Part shown: piece after piece, positions 63,584 to 64,000 of the stretch
How the letters are laid out: every line of letters starts with the position of its first letter
Position numbering within the stretch: the first letter of the stretch is position 1
Assembly: GCF_006345805.1 (NCBI RefSeq)
Contig: NC_043015.1
Coordinates: forward strand, 38,192,001-38,256,000
Length of the DNA: 64,000 bases
Source: Octopus sinensis
Lineage: Eukaryota
Direction of reading: 5' to 3'
Translations under genes and position numbers: made by a program
The notes under the pieces: generated by a model
The model's input: the letters and a program-made list of their open reading frames with translations, nothing else
Told to the model about the DNA's origin: nothing
The model's database searches: none

Positions 63584-64000
63584 CATTTCTTTGGTAGTTT
63601 CATGTGAATTTCCACTGCACCATCTGCTGCACCCCCTGATGTCTGTGTGGCATTGTGTTCTTACTTTTGTGAGGGCCAGAGGAATATAAATTGCTCCAGC
63701 TGCTGCCCAGCACCAGTTTGCTTTGTTATAGGGTTTACCTTCTTTTTTCTTGTAACATTAGTGTTTAATGTTTCGGGCCTTAATCTTGTATGGGATATGT
63801 CGCACATGTGGCTTAAAATTGTTAAACACTTATTGCACAGGATGTCAGCTGATCTTAGCAGAGCTATTTTTTTTAGATATATTAAGAGAGAAGGGGGACA
63901 GTGTTGAATTGGTATTAGCCACGCGACTGGCACCCAGCAGATGCCAGGACCCCTGGATTGGTGGTACGTAAAAAGCACTATCCGAATCGTGGCCGATGCC

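Noticed and set aside
63600-63900. Minus-strand ORFs (105 aa; KKEGKPYNKANWCWAAAGAIYIPLALTK) as upstream exons of the 56.2-kb gene
   Set aside because: Acceptors are poor and the products are unrecognised; RNA-seq would be needed.

Overview
Eukaryotic, repeat-saturated genomic DNA, not prokaryotic. It is very likely a coleoid cephalopod (Octopus), inferred from the SINE families and the extreme microsatellite load. Almost all ORFs in the supplied track are translations of microsatellites and are not genes. No complete protein-coding gene is supportable. Supported content: (i) many tRNA-derived SINEs of at least 3-4 families; (ii) fragments of a Tx1/L1-like LINE (recent, intact 3' ORF2, apparent target-site duplication inside a (GATA)n array), R4/Dong-like RLE LINEs, RTE LINEs, a Penelope GIY-YIG element, mariner, a Tigger/pogo transposon and TA-flanked MITEs; (iii) several minimal type-I hammerhead-ribozyme (HHR)-like motifs, including a ~329-bp circularly permuted element present twice and a 400-bp foldback carrying twin hammerheads; (iv) a CpG-rich promoter-like cluster (YY1/NRF1/ETS/CTCF-like motifs) at ~34.7-34.9 kb; (v) a ~9.2-kb array of an 80-bp minisatellite (46.8-56.0 kb) directly downstream of a candidate minus-strand terminal exon; (vi) a 700-bp tandem duplication and a 100-N gap. 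All alignments and folds were done by eye; no database search or folding program was run.
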